Shown in pieces: positions 24,165 to 37,677 of a DNA stretch of 64,000 bases (its first letter is position 1; the number at the start of each line of letters is the position of its first letter). The position numbers were made by a program, and so were the translations under genes. This DNA is from Camelus ferus (Eukaryota): assembly GCF_009834535.1 (NCBI RefSeq), contig NC_045697.1, positions 41,914,001 through 41,978,000 of the forward strand, given 5' to 3'. The notes under the pieces are model-generated. The model was not told the DNA's origin. It made no database searches and was given only the letters and a program-made list of their open reading frames with translations.

Positions 24165-27100
24165 TTTAAAAAGCTTTGCTCATGTTGCTTTAGGCATTTC
24201 CTTAAAAGTGGAAAAAAATGTTCTTTCTAATGCCGGTTCATAACGATTCTACAAGACGGAAAGAAGCAGCTGTTCTCAGTATGTATTGGGACTGACTGGC
24301 AATGGGTTCCAAGTCATGGTTGGGTCACACACAGGTAAGGAAGCTGAAGTCCTGTATGCTGGCCACTTGAGCAACCCGAGTGCCTCCCCTGTCCAGGCAC
24401 GTTGCTAAGGGATACACAGAGATGAAAACTACAGCCCCTGTCCCTAAGGAATCCACTCTTTATTTGAAAGGTCAGGGTATGAGATGAATGTTTAAGAAAC
24501 TGAAATTATATAGAGGAAAAATAACAATCAAATATAAGAAATATCGTAAGAAAAAAATGTATCTTTTGTGATCTCCTGGTTCAGTGGTTCAGGGATAGGC
24601 TGTGAGGTTTACTGGAGGAGGAGCTGGGAGAACTTACAGACTTGAAAACATAAATTCCAGCCTCCAATCCAGTCCAGCTAAGGGAACTCTCCCCTCAATG
24701 AAACCCTCCAGTACGTACTTTGGTGCAGAGAACTTTCTTGTATGTAATACACTGTTTTTGGTACTCTGCAGACAATTAGTTATCAACGTCTTGAGTTTAG
24801 ATCATTCATTATTTTGTCCACTTTTTTATGTCTTCTATACTGTGCAGAGTGCGAGTAGGTACATGATAAGTACTTGCTGAATTTATAATATTCTCCTCTT
24901 TCTACCCTTTCCTGGCACCAGTTTACCCACACCTGACAATGACAGCTGCTCTGAAGAGAAAAGCACATTGCTCTACCCTCCATATTTAAACATGGTTTAG
25001 AATTAATAATGGAGAATACTGAGGCCAGATTAAGGACCAGGAGGCTTCTGAAAGTGGAGGGCATATTTTGACTTGTCCGGCTGTGGATGCAGCCTTGCAG
25101 AGAGACACTCTGTACCACCTGGCTAATTCCCTCTATTGCCTGAAATGCCTATTAAGAATTCTCTGAAATGAGGGCTTAACGGAGGGCATTTATGGGGACA
25201 GATATATTTTTAAAAGACTCAAGAAACCTTAAAAAAAAAAAAGTGCTACATAGTGAAAATATCCCTGAACTAATATGAAAGATCAGTCAACCCAGGCCTT
25301 CCTTTTCTGCTACAAGTGGTTCTGGAGTCCTGCCACTCAGAGCTACAAGCAACTGCCTTGTTTACCTCTACGCGGTGAGGATTTGCTAGGAATCTTGGTC
25401 AATCTCAGCCTCAAGCAAACTCTCTCTCTCTCACCCTCTTTCTCTTCTTAAAGAGTGAAGTAGGATTTAATCGGCAACATGCCAAAGGTATATTCTCACT
25501 GAATTCTCACTTGCAGGACTAATTTTCAGTCCCATTTAGGACATCCTGTTCAGTCATTTGGCGATCTGGGCCTTATGTCTTTCTCACATACATAGAGTAA
25601 GAATGTGACTGAGATTAAAACCAGAATTCTGAAAATTCACAGATTCAGGGGCCGTGGGATTTGAAGTCAAGCAAATAACCATTCCAGGGAACAGAAGCCA
25701 GGCCTCCTGTCTCTCCAGGGTTGATGCTTAATGCCAAACATGTCTGAATTGCAGTGTTACCAGTAAAGGACTCTGGGGTCTTACAAAATGAAAAGCATTT
25801 TTCAAGTGGAAAATGGCTTCCATTTTTTTTTCTGCGAATATTTGGAAAAAGCTGAATTCATATATGATAATCAAAACAAACAGCAGAACCACTGGAAAAA
25901 GACACATTTACAAACAGATGGATTTCTTCAAAGAGTTGCTTTTTAAAAAAGATACTGAGGATGAAAATCATCTACTGAACAGTAATTCAATAGCTCTTAG
26001 TAAAACCATCCGTTAATCGTGGGATTCGAGATCTGCAAAGTCCCTGCAGGTTAAATACTCAGTAGTTTTCAGCCTGGATGTCATGCTGCTGTTTTACGAG
26101 CTATGTCGCAATCTAGTAGTTGCTAATGACAATGAAAATAGTACTGTTTGCAAGAGATTTGCTTATTTATAATTAAAACTGGTGTAAGGCTACTTTCACT
26201 TGAGTTTTGGGGTGTTCCTCGAGCGAGAGAGCAAGGGAGCAGGGTTGCAGTCGCTGCGCTCTGGGGCTGACTTGCGGTGACCTAGGCTGCCTGGGGTCTC
26301 AGTGGAAGGAGGAGGAGAGACTGGGAACGGCCACTCCAGGGCAACACTGATGCTCCTCTTCTCTGTGTGTTCGGTTCCTTTGATGCTTTCAAAAACTTGA
26401 CCTGAGTTAGTCTTCCTCTCCATTTCCCTTCCAAGGTCCCAGACTTCTTTTATTTTCCCAAATATCTTCTTAATGACAGTGATATATTCTAGCCTCCACT
26501 TAAATTCCGTAATTTTTCTTTCTTTTTTTCCAGCCAGGTAACCATACACAGTAATTTAACCACATGGTCTTCCTTTAGCTTTCAAATTCTTCCTGATGAA
26601 TGTGAATTTCAAGAACATCCATTATTGCTCAGAGATCCAGATTCTCTCACTTTAACTGAGATCCAGGGGCCCTGATGATGCACTGAGATTTCCCATAAAC
26701 TTCCATTATCCCAGACTTCATTCTCTGGGTTTCATGTACACCATGAGGTTTACAACATTTTAACTAAGTTAGGTACTCCGTATGAAATTTCAGATATAGT
26801 TTACCACAAAATACCGATATTTTAACAAGTTTAAACAGTATGCTAAAGATCCTAAAAATAATTATTTGTTGCTTATAAGCTATGTGCAAAATGGCACTGA
26901 GATATAACAAAAATAGGATGATGTTTTGGCCCCCAAAGAAATGTCTAAGCTAGCTAGTGATATTTTTTAAAAATGTGAAACATTAATAATGGAGACTATA
27001 TAAACACTGGATAGCAGCACATGTTTTGGAGTCATACAAACCAGAGACTACACCTTGTCACAAACCTCAGTATCCACATCTGTAAATTGGACCCAATCAA

Positions 27101-27444
27101 AAAACCTACTTTAATGGCATCATTGTGAAATTTATGTAATATTTCTTTGCCTGGTAAAGAGTAGGCATCAGTGAATTAAGTCAACATGCATTTATATCTC
27201 TCTATATCTATATGTATACACATGCACATACTTTTCATTATCATCTTTTCTCCTACACCCACAGTAGTTTGGTAATTCAGTTATTTATTCAATTCAGAAA
27301 TGCAGATTTTCTGTTCCATTAGTGAGTGAATCAATCTCAAGCTTAGCTAAATAGGCAGGCTGAGTTCCTCAGTATTCCTTTTCTTTATTTCCTCCTCCTC
27401 CCACTCTCTTGGGCCCTCCCTCATTTTCTCCCAGTTTCTATGCT

Positions 27445-27546
27445 TCACGATCTGAGAGAGACATCATTGCTCTCTCAGCTCAATGACTGTCGATCTCACG
27501 ATCTGAGAGAGACATCATTGCTCTCTCAGCTCAATGACTGTCTATC
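27445..27546. repeat. Tandem duplication, 2 x 51 bp, one mismatch
   Basis: tcacgatctgagagagacatcattgctctctcagctcaatgactgtc(g/t)atc starts at 27445 and again at 27496. Confidence 0.97.
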
Positions 27547-29039
27547 TCTTCTAGGAGAAAGCAGACTACTGGGTCAGCTGCCAGCTTCTGCCTCCAAAGC
27601 TGAGGACAATTGCCCACTCTGTGCCCTGGTGACCAAATCCTGCCAACTGGTGGCAGATGGCATCTTCCCCACAGACCCTCTAGGAGTCACATGGCATTTG
27701 GCCTGTTCCCTCCACCCAACTTTTCCACTCCCTCCCCCATGTTGGCAAATAGAACATAGACTTTTAAACACTGTCATGTTTTCCATAATCCCCTCAATGG
27801 AAATGAGAGTTTTTAAAGAGCAGATCTTTTCAGTTGGTTTGGTCTTTGAACTACAAAATCATTACACGTGGAATGATGTCTGCTGCCCTTATAACATGTG
27901 ACCACCACATAAAACATGAAGGCAAAGCACCAGGGCCTGCAAAAGAAGTTATCTCCTTGGGACAATTCTTTCTACTCCTACATTCATGTGAGGGAGCTGT
28001 GAGTTTGTAAAAACTCTGCACCAAAATGTCACTAGGCACTGCAACAGATCCAGTTTCCTTCTCTGCTTTCAGTTTCAGTGTCACTGCCCTTCTTCCTATT
28101 CCCAGGGAGGAAAATGGCCCACATCTGGGTGACAAAGGCAATTCTTCGCCACAGTGCTTGCAACCATGTACCAGGTATCTGGCATTCCTGCCTGTCTCTG
28201 AGCCACACACACACCCAATCCAACAAAACTGAAACTGACAAAATAAATAAGTCATACTCAGACAGCAAGAAGCTTCACACATTTAATGACACCACTTTCA
28301 AACTGTCTGCATTCAGGGATATTTCCGAAAATGAAAACAAAAGCCGGTGTTTTTTTGTTTTTTTTTAATGATATTTTTCTTTACTTCTGAGTCATTTAAT
28401 AAGATATCACCGTAGACGTTTTCCAAGAAGTCCTCGTCCTTTTCCTAATGACGAAAGCCATCCTAGCGCCATCTTCAGCCTGATCCCGATACTGTTTTCT
28501 GTCATCTCTCCTGTCCTGCCTAGAGGGACACACACATCACCTGTGTGATGCTAAAGGGAGAAAACCCTCCTGTTAGTGTCTAGTCTCCCCAGCTCCTTCT
28601 GAAAGAATCGCAAAATGCTTCTGTGAAAGGGCTCTGCCGTTTTACCAGCTGGTGACCTTGGACAAGTGATTTCACCTTGAAGCTTCCTCTTCTTTGTAAA
28701 ATTCAGAGAAAAATAGCAAGCACCTTCTAGCACCATTAAGTTCAACAAGAATCCAAACATAATGACCAGAATAAATGCTCAAAAAAGTTAGCTGTTGCTC
28801 TTGCTCTCTTGTGCCTGGGGTATCTGCGTTTCTCGGGGAGCGTGGGGCTGGCAAGGAGCAGCTGCAGGTGGTTTATGTTTGAAAATACCTCTGAACAGAG
28901 GATAACAGTGGGTGAGGTGGGCGCTCATCTCCTGATAAATGAAGCCATGGGCTAAAAATATGAGAAGAATGACGTCTTCCTCCACTCTCTCAACATGAAA
29001 GAAAGAGGACCAAGAGGAGGGAAAGGAAGATGATGGTAA

Positions 29040-29730
29040 TTTGATTAATTGTTTATCATGTGCCAACTATGAGCTGAGCACACAGAATACAACAGTGAAT
29101 AAAACAGGAATCAAAAGTTAAAGTCATTAAGTTCCAAATGTAAAGCCCTGTGACAGAGATGAACAAGATGACTCACAAAGAATATCAGACTGGAGGAAGC
29201 TACTTTCATCAGGAGGTCTCCTCTGAGAAGATATTTCAATTGAGAGTTGAATGATAAGAAATAGAAACAAACCAACCAACCAAAAACTGGGGCGAGAGCA
29301 TTACAAGGCGGGGGGTCCAACATGCACAAAAGGCTTCACATCTGAAAACTCTGGGGGCTCTCATGAACTATAATGCAAGCCAGTGTGGCTGGAGCATGGG
29401 GAGCAAGGGGTGACAGGTGGGGGTGTGGTCCAGCAGGGCTGTGAGTGGTCCCTGGAGTCTGGATGATATGCTAAGTGCAGTGGAGCTGTTGAAGCCGTCA
29501 TACAGCCAGTGATGTGGTTTAGCTTATTATAAAATGATCTTTCCGGAATTTTGGGAGAGAACAGGGTTGAGAAAGCTAGGAGAGAGTGATATGGCCTAGA
29601 TAAGAATGAAAAAGAAGTGATGGAGAGAAGAAGACAGAGTGGGGATTGGAAGTACAGTCAGCACCCCTGGCTGATGGGCTGGATGTCAAGGGTGAGGAAG
29701 ACAGAGGATTTAAAGCTTACACCCTGAGTT
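29040..29730 (-). mobile_element. L2 LINE fragment
   Basis: catcaggaggtctcctctgagaagatatttcaattgagagttgaatgataagaa, gccagtgtggctggagcat, ggctgatgggctggatgt..gggtgagg. Confidence 0.8.
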
Positions 29731-30199
29731 AGGGAAGGTCCTGAGTTTTTCATTCAATTAAATGCAGACTGGCAACCTGGGGAAGGACATACAGGGAGAA
29801 GACCAAGCAGACTCAAATTATCAAGACTCAGGGTGCTGGGGAGGCGGAGAGAAGAGGTCAGGCAAGAGGAGAGCAAGCAGGGAGCCCAATACTTCCCCCA
29901 GCTGGAAGCTGGAAGAGGACCAGTGGCCACATTAAGAGAAGCAATTAACAGAGCAAGCCAGGTGAGGCATAGTCTCTAAATGCCCCTTTTATTTTCAAAG
30001 CTTTAATTACATCAAAAGGCAATCCGCGGTGATCCCTCACGAGAGCTGGAGCACCCTCCCTGGGGCTAACGTAGACAGCAGGCAGCAGACAAGAGAAGGA
30101 CTGCAAATTAAAGAATGAGGCTTTTTAAGAAACATGCTTGGTCTTGTGCTATCTGCAGCTGGCTCAACCAGAGGGAGAAAAACCTCATAACTTAAAACA

Positions 30200-31503
30200 A
30201 TAAAAACAGTGCCAAAACAATCCAATGGGGGGAAAAAGCCCTTTTCAACACAGGGTGCTAAGAACAACTGGATAGCTACATTAAAAAAAAAAAAGTTGGA
30301 CCTCTTCTTTACACCATATACAAAAAAAAACTCAATACACCTAAACATAAGAGTAAATTATAATAAATTCTAGGAAGACAGCTTAGGAATAGAACTTCAT
30401 GATCTGATTTAGGCAAAGTCTTCTTAGATATGATACAAAATGACCAAAGACAAAAATACATAAGTTGGATGTCATCAAAATTTAGAAGTCCTGTGCTTCA
30501 AGAACACTGTCAAGAAAGTAGAAGGACAACCCAATGGAATGGGAGAAAATATTTGCAAATCATATATCTGATAAGAAACTTGTATCCAGATCACATAAAG
30601 ATCTCTTACAACGCAACAACAAAAACCAGTCAGGTAACTATAGAAAAATAGGCAAAAAATTTAAACAGATATTTCTCAAAGACATACATATGGCCAGAGC
30701 ATACACACAGAGCTCAGCATCACTAGCCAGCAGGGAAATGGGAATCAAATGCGAGAGATCACTTCATCTCCACCTATATTTGATTAATTGTTTACAGTGT
30801 GCCAATTATAAACTAAAAAGTGGTGAGGATATGGGGAAACCCCATCGAGGTTGAAATATTGTGGATACTGAGGTTGAATATTAAGGATACTGAAACCCTC
30901 AAATATTGCTAGTGGAAATGTAACATCATTCGGTCACTTTGGAAAACAGTCTGGCAGTCACTCAAAATGTTAAACATAGAGTTACAGACCTTGCAATTTC
31001 ACTCCCAGGAATATACCCAAAAGAACTGAAATATACATCCACACAAAAACTTGTACATGAATGCCCACAGCAGCATTATCCATAATAGCAAAAAATTGGA
31101 AGAAAAGCAAAATATTCACCAACAGATTAAGGAATAAATAAAAGTGATATCTCCATACAATGAAATATTACTCATAACATGGATAAACCTTGAAAATGTG
31201 CTAAGTGAAAGAAACCATTTATAAAGACCACATACTGTCTAATTCCATTCATATGAAATGTCTCAAATAGGCAAACCTATACAGATAGAAAGTAGGTTAA
31301 TGGTTGGCTGATGTTTGAAGCTTGGCTGAAATGGGACTGAGGAATGGGTATGAGGTTTATTACTTGGGGTAATGAACAAGTTCTAGAATTGATTGTGGTG
31401 GTAATTGCACAACTCTGTGAATATACTAAAAACCACTGAACTGTAGGCTTAAACGCGTGAATTGTATGGTACATGAATTCTACCTGAACAAAGTTGTTAA
31501 AAT
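30200..31503 (+). mobile_element. L1MB/L1MC-like element: ORF2 C-terminal remnant plus 3' UTR
   Basis: ORF 30534 begins MEWEKIFANHISDKKLVSR (L1 ORF2). 3' end reads gttctagaattgattgtggtgg..attgcacaactctgtgaatatactaaaaaccactgaa...aaagttgttaaaa. Confidence 0.93.
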
Positions 31504-33314
31504 CAAACTTTTTCTGACAGGATAGTTATAAAACTAGAAGTCAGTTAATATGGTTGCCCACACAGAAATTAATATCAAATAATATATACCTTTAAACAAG
31601 CACTCAATTTTGTCAACTTACACTGATTTGTCTCCTTTCAAGGTCAATACTCAAGGAACATTGTCCTCTGCACTGAAACTTTCCTAACAATAAATAGTTG
31701 GCATAACAAGACGCCTCAACATTACACTGTTGGATAAACGTGACCTCCTCATACTTCTTCCTGCTGTATGGTGTTTTAATGACTTTTGGTCAATTTCCTG
31801 AAGTAATTTTCCATGCAATTATTTGCCATCTTAGTTTTAATATATTTATATATGTGGCCTTCGAAAACTACTGAAAAGACTACAGAGTTTTTCCTGTCAC
31901 TCCGTACCTTGCCTCCATGGTGACACTGAACAGCACTCTGACAACGTATGTGTATGGGGCAGGTTAGGGGAGGGAAGGCTTCCTGGTTCTCCACCTGTCT
32001 CGGGACACAGCTGTCACACTACAGTCCTGGCCGCTCAACAGGTGGGCACAGGTGAGGCCCCCATCCCCTACAGCAGATGGGTAACAGGTAAGAGCAATAG
32101 ACAAACCAACTCAAATACTGCTGTTTAAAGGAAGTGTCTCTTCAAAATCTAGCCCCAACATCCAATACTAATTTAGCCAGGAGAATTTTTAATGCCAAAT
32201 ATGGAAACAGTTTCCTATTAGCTAATGATACATAAAACTAACAAGAAATTTTCATCAATAAAATATATTGCTAGTTAACTATAGATACCATGTTCCAGTG
32301 ATCTAAAAAAAAAAAATCTCACAATATTTTTACTAGAAGACAAAATTCTAATTTCTCTGATCATTTTCTATTTCTCACCTAAATGAACCAACTCAGAAAA
32401 CTTGGATCTCTCTCTGTCACAAACTTAATCCTGTGATCTCGGAAAGCTCCTTAATCTTTTGAACCTAACTTCACCATAAGAAAAAACAATATTTAACTCA
32501 TAATGATGGCCAAAAATAAGCAAAATAATGCATATAAAGGGCCTAATATGATACTTAGCACTTAAAGTACATCAAATAATAGGTATTATGATAATGACTG
32601 TACTACTAAAGTCAAGCAGATGAGGAGTAGTCTTGCCCCTTAAACTTGAGAAATCAAGGAAATTTAGTATTAATACAATCAAACAGAATATGGAAGAGTA
32701 GAAAGACTACTCAACAGGGAATGTGGGCATTTATACAAGGTTGGCCACAATAACGTCTCTGGGAGCCATAGTCCTCATCTGAAAAATGAGCCCAATAATC
32801 TTTAAGTTTCCTTACAACTCATAAAATAAGAGAAAGAGATTTACTGAATTTCATTTTCCTTACAATATTCTCTACAATATCTTTTCACTTTCATTTCAGA
32901 TTCAGACTGATTTCTTTAGAAGCCAATTCATGTTTGGAATAGGAAGATGGAAACAATAATAGCAAATCACACAAACACTAGTGAGCTAATCTTTTAATGG
33001 ATTTAAATCTATAATCTTGATAATATAAAAAAGCCACATTCACTCATCCCCTGGTTATAAAAAACACTTTAAAACAGTCTGGAGTTTACATGATTGAACA
33101 AAACTTGCAAAGCCTCAAAACGCAAGGGATCTTATCTGATGTGGGTTCCAGGTCTCCCAAAAGTGGAAATAAGATGCCAGTTCTCCTATTGCTGTTCTAG
33201 CCACACCTAAGAACAGATATTCATCCTTCACTGAAGATGTTGATCTTTATAATTTCTGCCGTGTGAGATACCTCCTATATACTGTATTGGACAGATATTG
33301 AGAAATGTCAAGGG

Positions 33315-33534
33315 CTTTATTGTTCTTCTTTACTGTCATTTTTATAAAATAAAAAATAAATTAACTAATTTGGACCACAGATTTAGTTCAAACAATCCTT
33401 CAATTTTTTTTAAAACTTCTTTACTATTGTTTCTATAAAATATTTCTTTATTGCTATTCTTTCCTGTTATTTTTATAAAATTAAAAAATTAACTCTAATT
33501 TGGACCACCTTTTTAGTGCAAACAGTCCTTTCAA
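33315..33534. repeat. Diverged direct repeat, 2 x ~89 bp, period 131
   Basis: ctttattg...atttttataaaat...ctaatttggaccac...tttagt.caaaca.tcctt at 33315-33403 and 33446-33534. Confidence 0.85.
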
Positions 33535-35309
33535 AAGTAGAATATATTATGTACGTTGTGAAGGAGACTTTTATTTTAAATCTTGTTGAGATTCTAAAAA
33601 AACATTATAATCTCCCATTTGATGTTGGGGTGGGTTTTTCTTTTTTCTTTTTTTCTTTTTTTTTTTTTTTGCAGTTAAAGATAAAATCTAATGTTATTAG
33701 GTGAATTTTAGGTCCTATTTAAAAGCAATTTTTAATACTAATTTGCCCAAGGAATCCTAAAGATTCAAGATTTGCTGGAAGAGTAGGACTCTACTTGTTA
33801 ATTGCTTCAGATATATACTGGACTTGTGGGAGCTCCGGCCCAACATGCAGTTTATTCACACAGACATCAGTGTCTTCTGTAACAGAGGCCAAGTGCTGTG
33901 TCTGAGCCATCTTCTTTCCTTTCACTGTGGACCCTTTACTCTGACCCTTTCAGTACAACTTCTTTACATTGTTGGTGGTTGTCAATATGACAGGCTCTTT
34001 TATCTTTTCAAATAAGTAACCTAAAGGTAAATATGAACTTGCTAAGGCTATAGAAGTCAGAGCACACAAAGCTTCAAATTTAAATATTAAAAATGAGACC
34101 TCTCGATTAGTCTGAAGAGCAAGGAGGTGATAATACTGCACTTTGAAGAAGACAGTGCTTTCAGCCACTATGAACATACTAAGCCATCGTGCCTGGCTCT
34201 TTCTGCGTAATTCTGTCAGTAACCAATAAACTGAGCATACGACCTGTCTCCCATGCACGATTAGTCCCTTCACCAGCAGTCCTGTCCGGAGGACATTTAT
34301 GCCCTTGAGGCTTTGTGTGCCAGAAAACTAATGAGTAGGTACCGCCAGCTCCCAGGAAGTGCAGGAGACATTCATCTCAAAAGAAGCAGCAATCAAATCC
34401 ACTGGGGTCCACAGTTAACAATAATGAGCTGGGCAGAATGAGTGAGTTTAATCTTTGGTTTCCAGCTCATACTGACTGAGAAGGGTCATGTATGGTTCTG
34501 ATCTGGATTTTCAGCGTTTAGAGAGGGATGGGAACACAACTGCATAAAAGAAATCCAGTTTTTACACAGATCATCCTGTTCTTTTTCCACTGAGTCCATC
34601 CACACGATTTGATTTTCACACATCACATCAAGTAGGGGAGAAAATGATGGAGAATGATGGTACCAAGACTTATTACTGGATTCCAATACATTAGAAATAA
34701 TGAGGTGCCCTTAAAGAAAGAAGAGTTGAGGACAAGTTTGACACATATATGATGGGAGACTAATGGGACTAATTTATGTTCATTTGGGTGATGCTAGCTT
34801 GCACACATTGACATATGCAGTCTCCTCTAGAAATGTCATGGTGTAACATTCACTTCACTGATGAGGAAATGGATACCACAGGGATTAGAGGATTTGCCTA
34901 AGAGATATAGCAGGAGCAGGAGTCCCATTTTACCTACCTACTAGTTCTGTGAGTGCTGGACTGCTGCATAAAAGGACTTGATCAGGGTTTTCCAAAGAGT
35001 TCAGGGGAATTCTACCTCTAAGGGATGTTCTCTGGGATGATAAACCATGGCTGCTTGAGGATGAGAGCTTGGCACATAATATCTGGCTCTTCATTGATTC
35101 TTATCAGATGTCGCTGAGCTAAACCAAACTTTGAGTTTGAATTGGGTAACAGAATTAGTGTTACACTCAAGGCTCCTAATTATCAACCCAAGGATCTACC
35201 CGTTTCTATATTACACTGATTTCCTGTGTCTCTCTGCCCCCATCTTTTTCCCCCTTCCTTCCAAATTCCTCCATCCTTTCCTTTCCTTTCCTTCCTTCCT
35301 TCCTTCTTT

Positions 35310-36485
35310 CACAAATATTTATTGAATGGCTATGACATGTTGGGCAATTTTCTATGTGCTAGAAAAATATGATAATGCAAAAGCAGAAATCTAGCTCTCA
35401 TGGAACTTACATTTTTGTGAGAGAGATGTAAATTATTTATACAAGAAATATAGGCCATGGGTGTTCAATGGTGGGTTAAGACAGACTAGGAGAAAGAATT
35501 AAGCGCAGGTTCCCTGAAGAAGTAACAAATTAGGCACTATGTGAGAAGTGAGTAGGGGTGGTCTTATGAATCTTGGAATAAGGGGGGAGGAACAATTTTT
35601 TTTAAATGAGAACAGCACACATAAAGGTTCTGTGGCTAGAGTAAAGAGTGATGCTTTTGAGAAACTGAAAGAAAGCCAGTGTGCTTATTGTTCAGAGAGC
35701 AAGAGGGAAGATGAAACACACTGGATGGTCTATGTGGGGGCCTGTGGGTTGTGGTAAGATTTTTTTCAAATAGGAGATGACTTGATTGGATTTGAATATC
35801 AAAAACATCACTCTGTATAAGGGAACTCTCTATACTTTCTGCACAATTAAAAAAAATAAATCTAAAGCTTCTCTAAAGAATAAACATTATTAAAAATATC
35901 ACCCTGGCTACAGTGTTTGAGATAAAAGAGAGTGATGGGAAGGGCAGAGTCTGTGCATGAGCCAGGAGAATATTAGACCTCCAGGACAAAGAAGACCAGA
36001 CACAGAGCCCAAGGTCCCCCTGTCATGAAGAGGTTAAGGAGACAAGGAGGAACAAGTAATGGTGACTGAAAAGACATGGGCAGCGAAATAGGAAGAAAAC
36101 CAGGAATGTGTGGTGTCCTTGAAGCCAAGTGAAGAATGTATATCAAGAAAGAGGTGATGATCCACTGTTAAATGGTCTCACCAGGCACTTATTATGAGGG
36201 CTGAAACGTAGTCACTGCATTCAGGAAGAGTAGAGGACACTGATGACAATAATAAGGAGAAGTCAACAGACTTATATATATAAGACAATAATAAGAATAA
36301 TGTGTAGTAGGGTGGGGGACACATGGGTTGAGGCACAGACAGGAATGGGGGAGAGTACAGTATAGAGTACAGAGCAATTCTGTTGCAAAAAGAGGCAAAA
36401 CATACGAGGTGATGGCTAGTGGGACGAGTATGGTCAAGAGATGATTTTTTAAAATCAGAGGAAAAATAGCATGATTGTATGCTCA
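35310..36485 (-). mobile_element. L2 LINE fragment interrupted by a short L1M 3' end (35816-35891)
   Basis: acaaatatttattgaatggctat..., gaaaaccaggaatgtgtggtgtccttgaagccaagtgaagaa. The insert is flanked by aaaaacatcactctg (35801-35815) and aaaaatatcaccctg (35892-35906). Confidence 0.85.
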
Positions 36486-37677
36486 TATTTTTAAAACTTT
36501 AGTATGCATGAGATTAGTTTGCTTTTTTAAATAAAAATGCCAGTTCCCAGGCTACCCTTGTGAGCCCATGGGTATAATCCAACATAGAAGACAAAGCTAA
36601 AAAAAAAAGAAGAAGAAGAAGACAAAGCTATGTAACAAGATGCAAATAGTACAATCAATAGATTATGGCTGGCTCTTGAAAAAGTGGGTGTGGATGGAAT
36701 TCCTTGACAGATGCAAGACTGGATTTGGGGAGAAAAAGGGAGCATTTCTCTGTTGTAAACAGAGGACAAAATGGCAGTTGTGAGTAGTTTCATATATTTG
36801 GTATCAAGAAATTGAGGTAATTTCCATAAAATTCAGTTGGCAGTAAGGTTATCTATGGGAGAGAGACTGAACAAAAATAAAATACAAAATAAATCAACTA
36901 TTCAAATAAGAATTGATTTATGTCAGTTATATCCCTATTGAAATGAGTTGTCTTTCAAAGAACCCATTATGACAAATCACAGTCCCTAGATTAGAGCCAA
37001 ATAGCCCCCAAGCACAGTTCTGTCATTATCTCCCCTGTGATTCCTGTAAGCAAGTGACACATCAGAAACAGTGAGTCATGAGAAAGACAATGTGACTGGT
37101 GCTGAAGAAACGAACCCTACATCATGTCATGCCCCAGCGCTAATCGTTTTCCAGAAGCCTTAATTGCCTGTCTTGATACTCTTTGCTCCTCTCCACCCTG
37201 AATAACAAGTGGGTTATTTACTACGGAAAGCTTGGACAACTGGATGAGATCTATCAGGGACTCCTTTTGGCTTTCTCCCCCTGACTAGACACATCCCAGT
37301 ACGAGTCCATGCATTAGTGTACCACTTTTGGAAAGGAGTTTGCTCCCAAATAAAATTTAGCCTTGACTTAAAAAAAAAAAAAAAGCCCAAAGACACTAAC
37401 AACGACTCAAGGCTAGATGTCTAGTCTGTTTCCTGTAGGCAAAGTGTTAGAAGCAAGCAACAAAAAAACAAACCTAGGAACCAAGTTAAAGAGAGTTGTA
37501 AATCCAAGGACAATTGGCAGGAAAGAGTAGCTAGATACAAAATATTTGTTCTCTCTCAGGGCAGCCTCCATTTCTATTTCACATGTTTTCTGTTAATACT
37601 TTGGTTGGTAAATCATACAGGTTTTCCAATGTTTATGAAAGAATTGAGCAGAATTCTGGGTTGTGGCTTGGTGGACA

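Noticed and set aside
27440..27901. 153-aa ORF with an internal 17-aa repeat (HDLRETSLLSQLNDC)
   Set aside because: The repeat is just the in-frame 51-bp DNA duplication. There is no recognisable domain, and the ORF is antisense within an intron.
28384..28443. Minus-strand 60-nt exon-like segment reading EKDEDFLENVYGDILLNDSE
   Set aside because: The donor is weak (GAA|gtaaag), the peptide is not ARHGAP24 sequence I recognise, and in the phase imposed by the upstream exon it hits a stop.
30847..30892. Short ~22-bp tandem duplication (gaggttgaa.tatt..ggatact)
   Set aside because: It is a local slippage event inside a decayed L1, with no sign of function.
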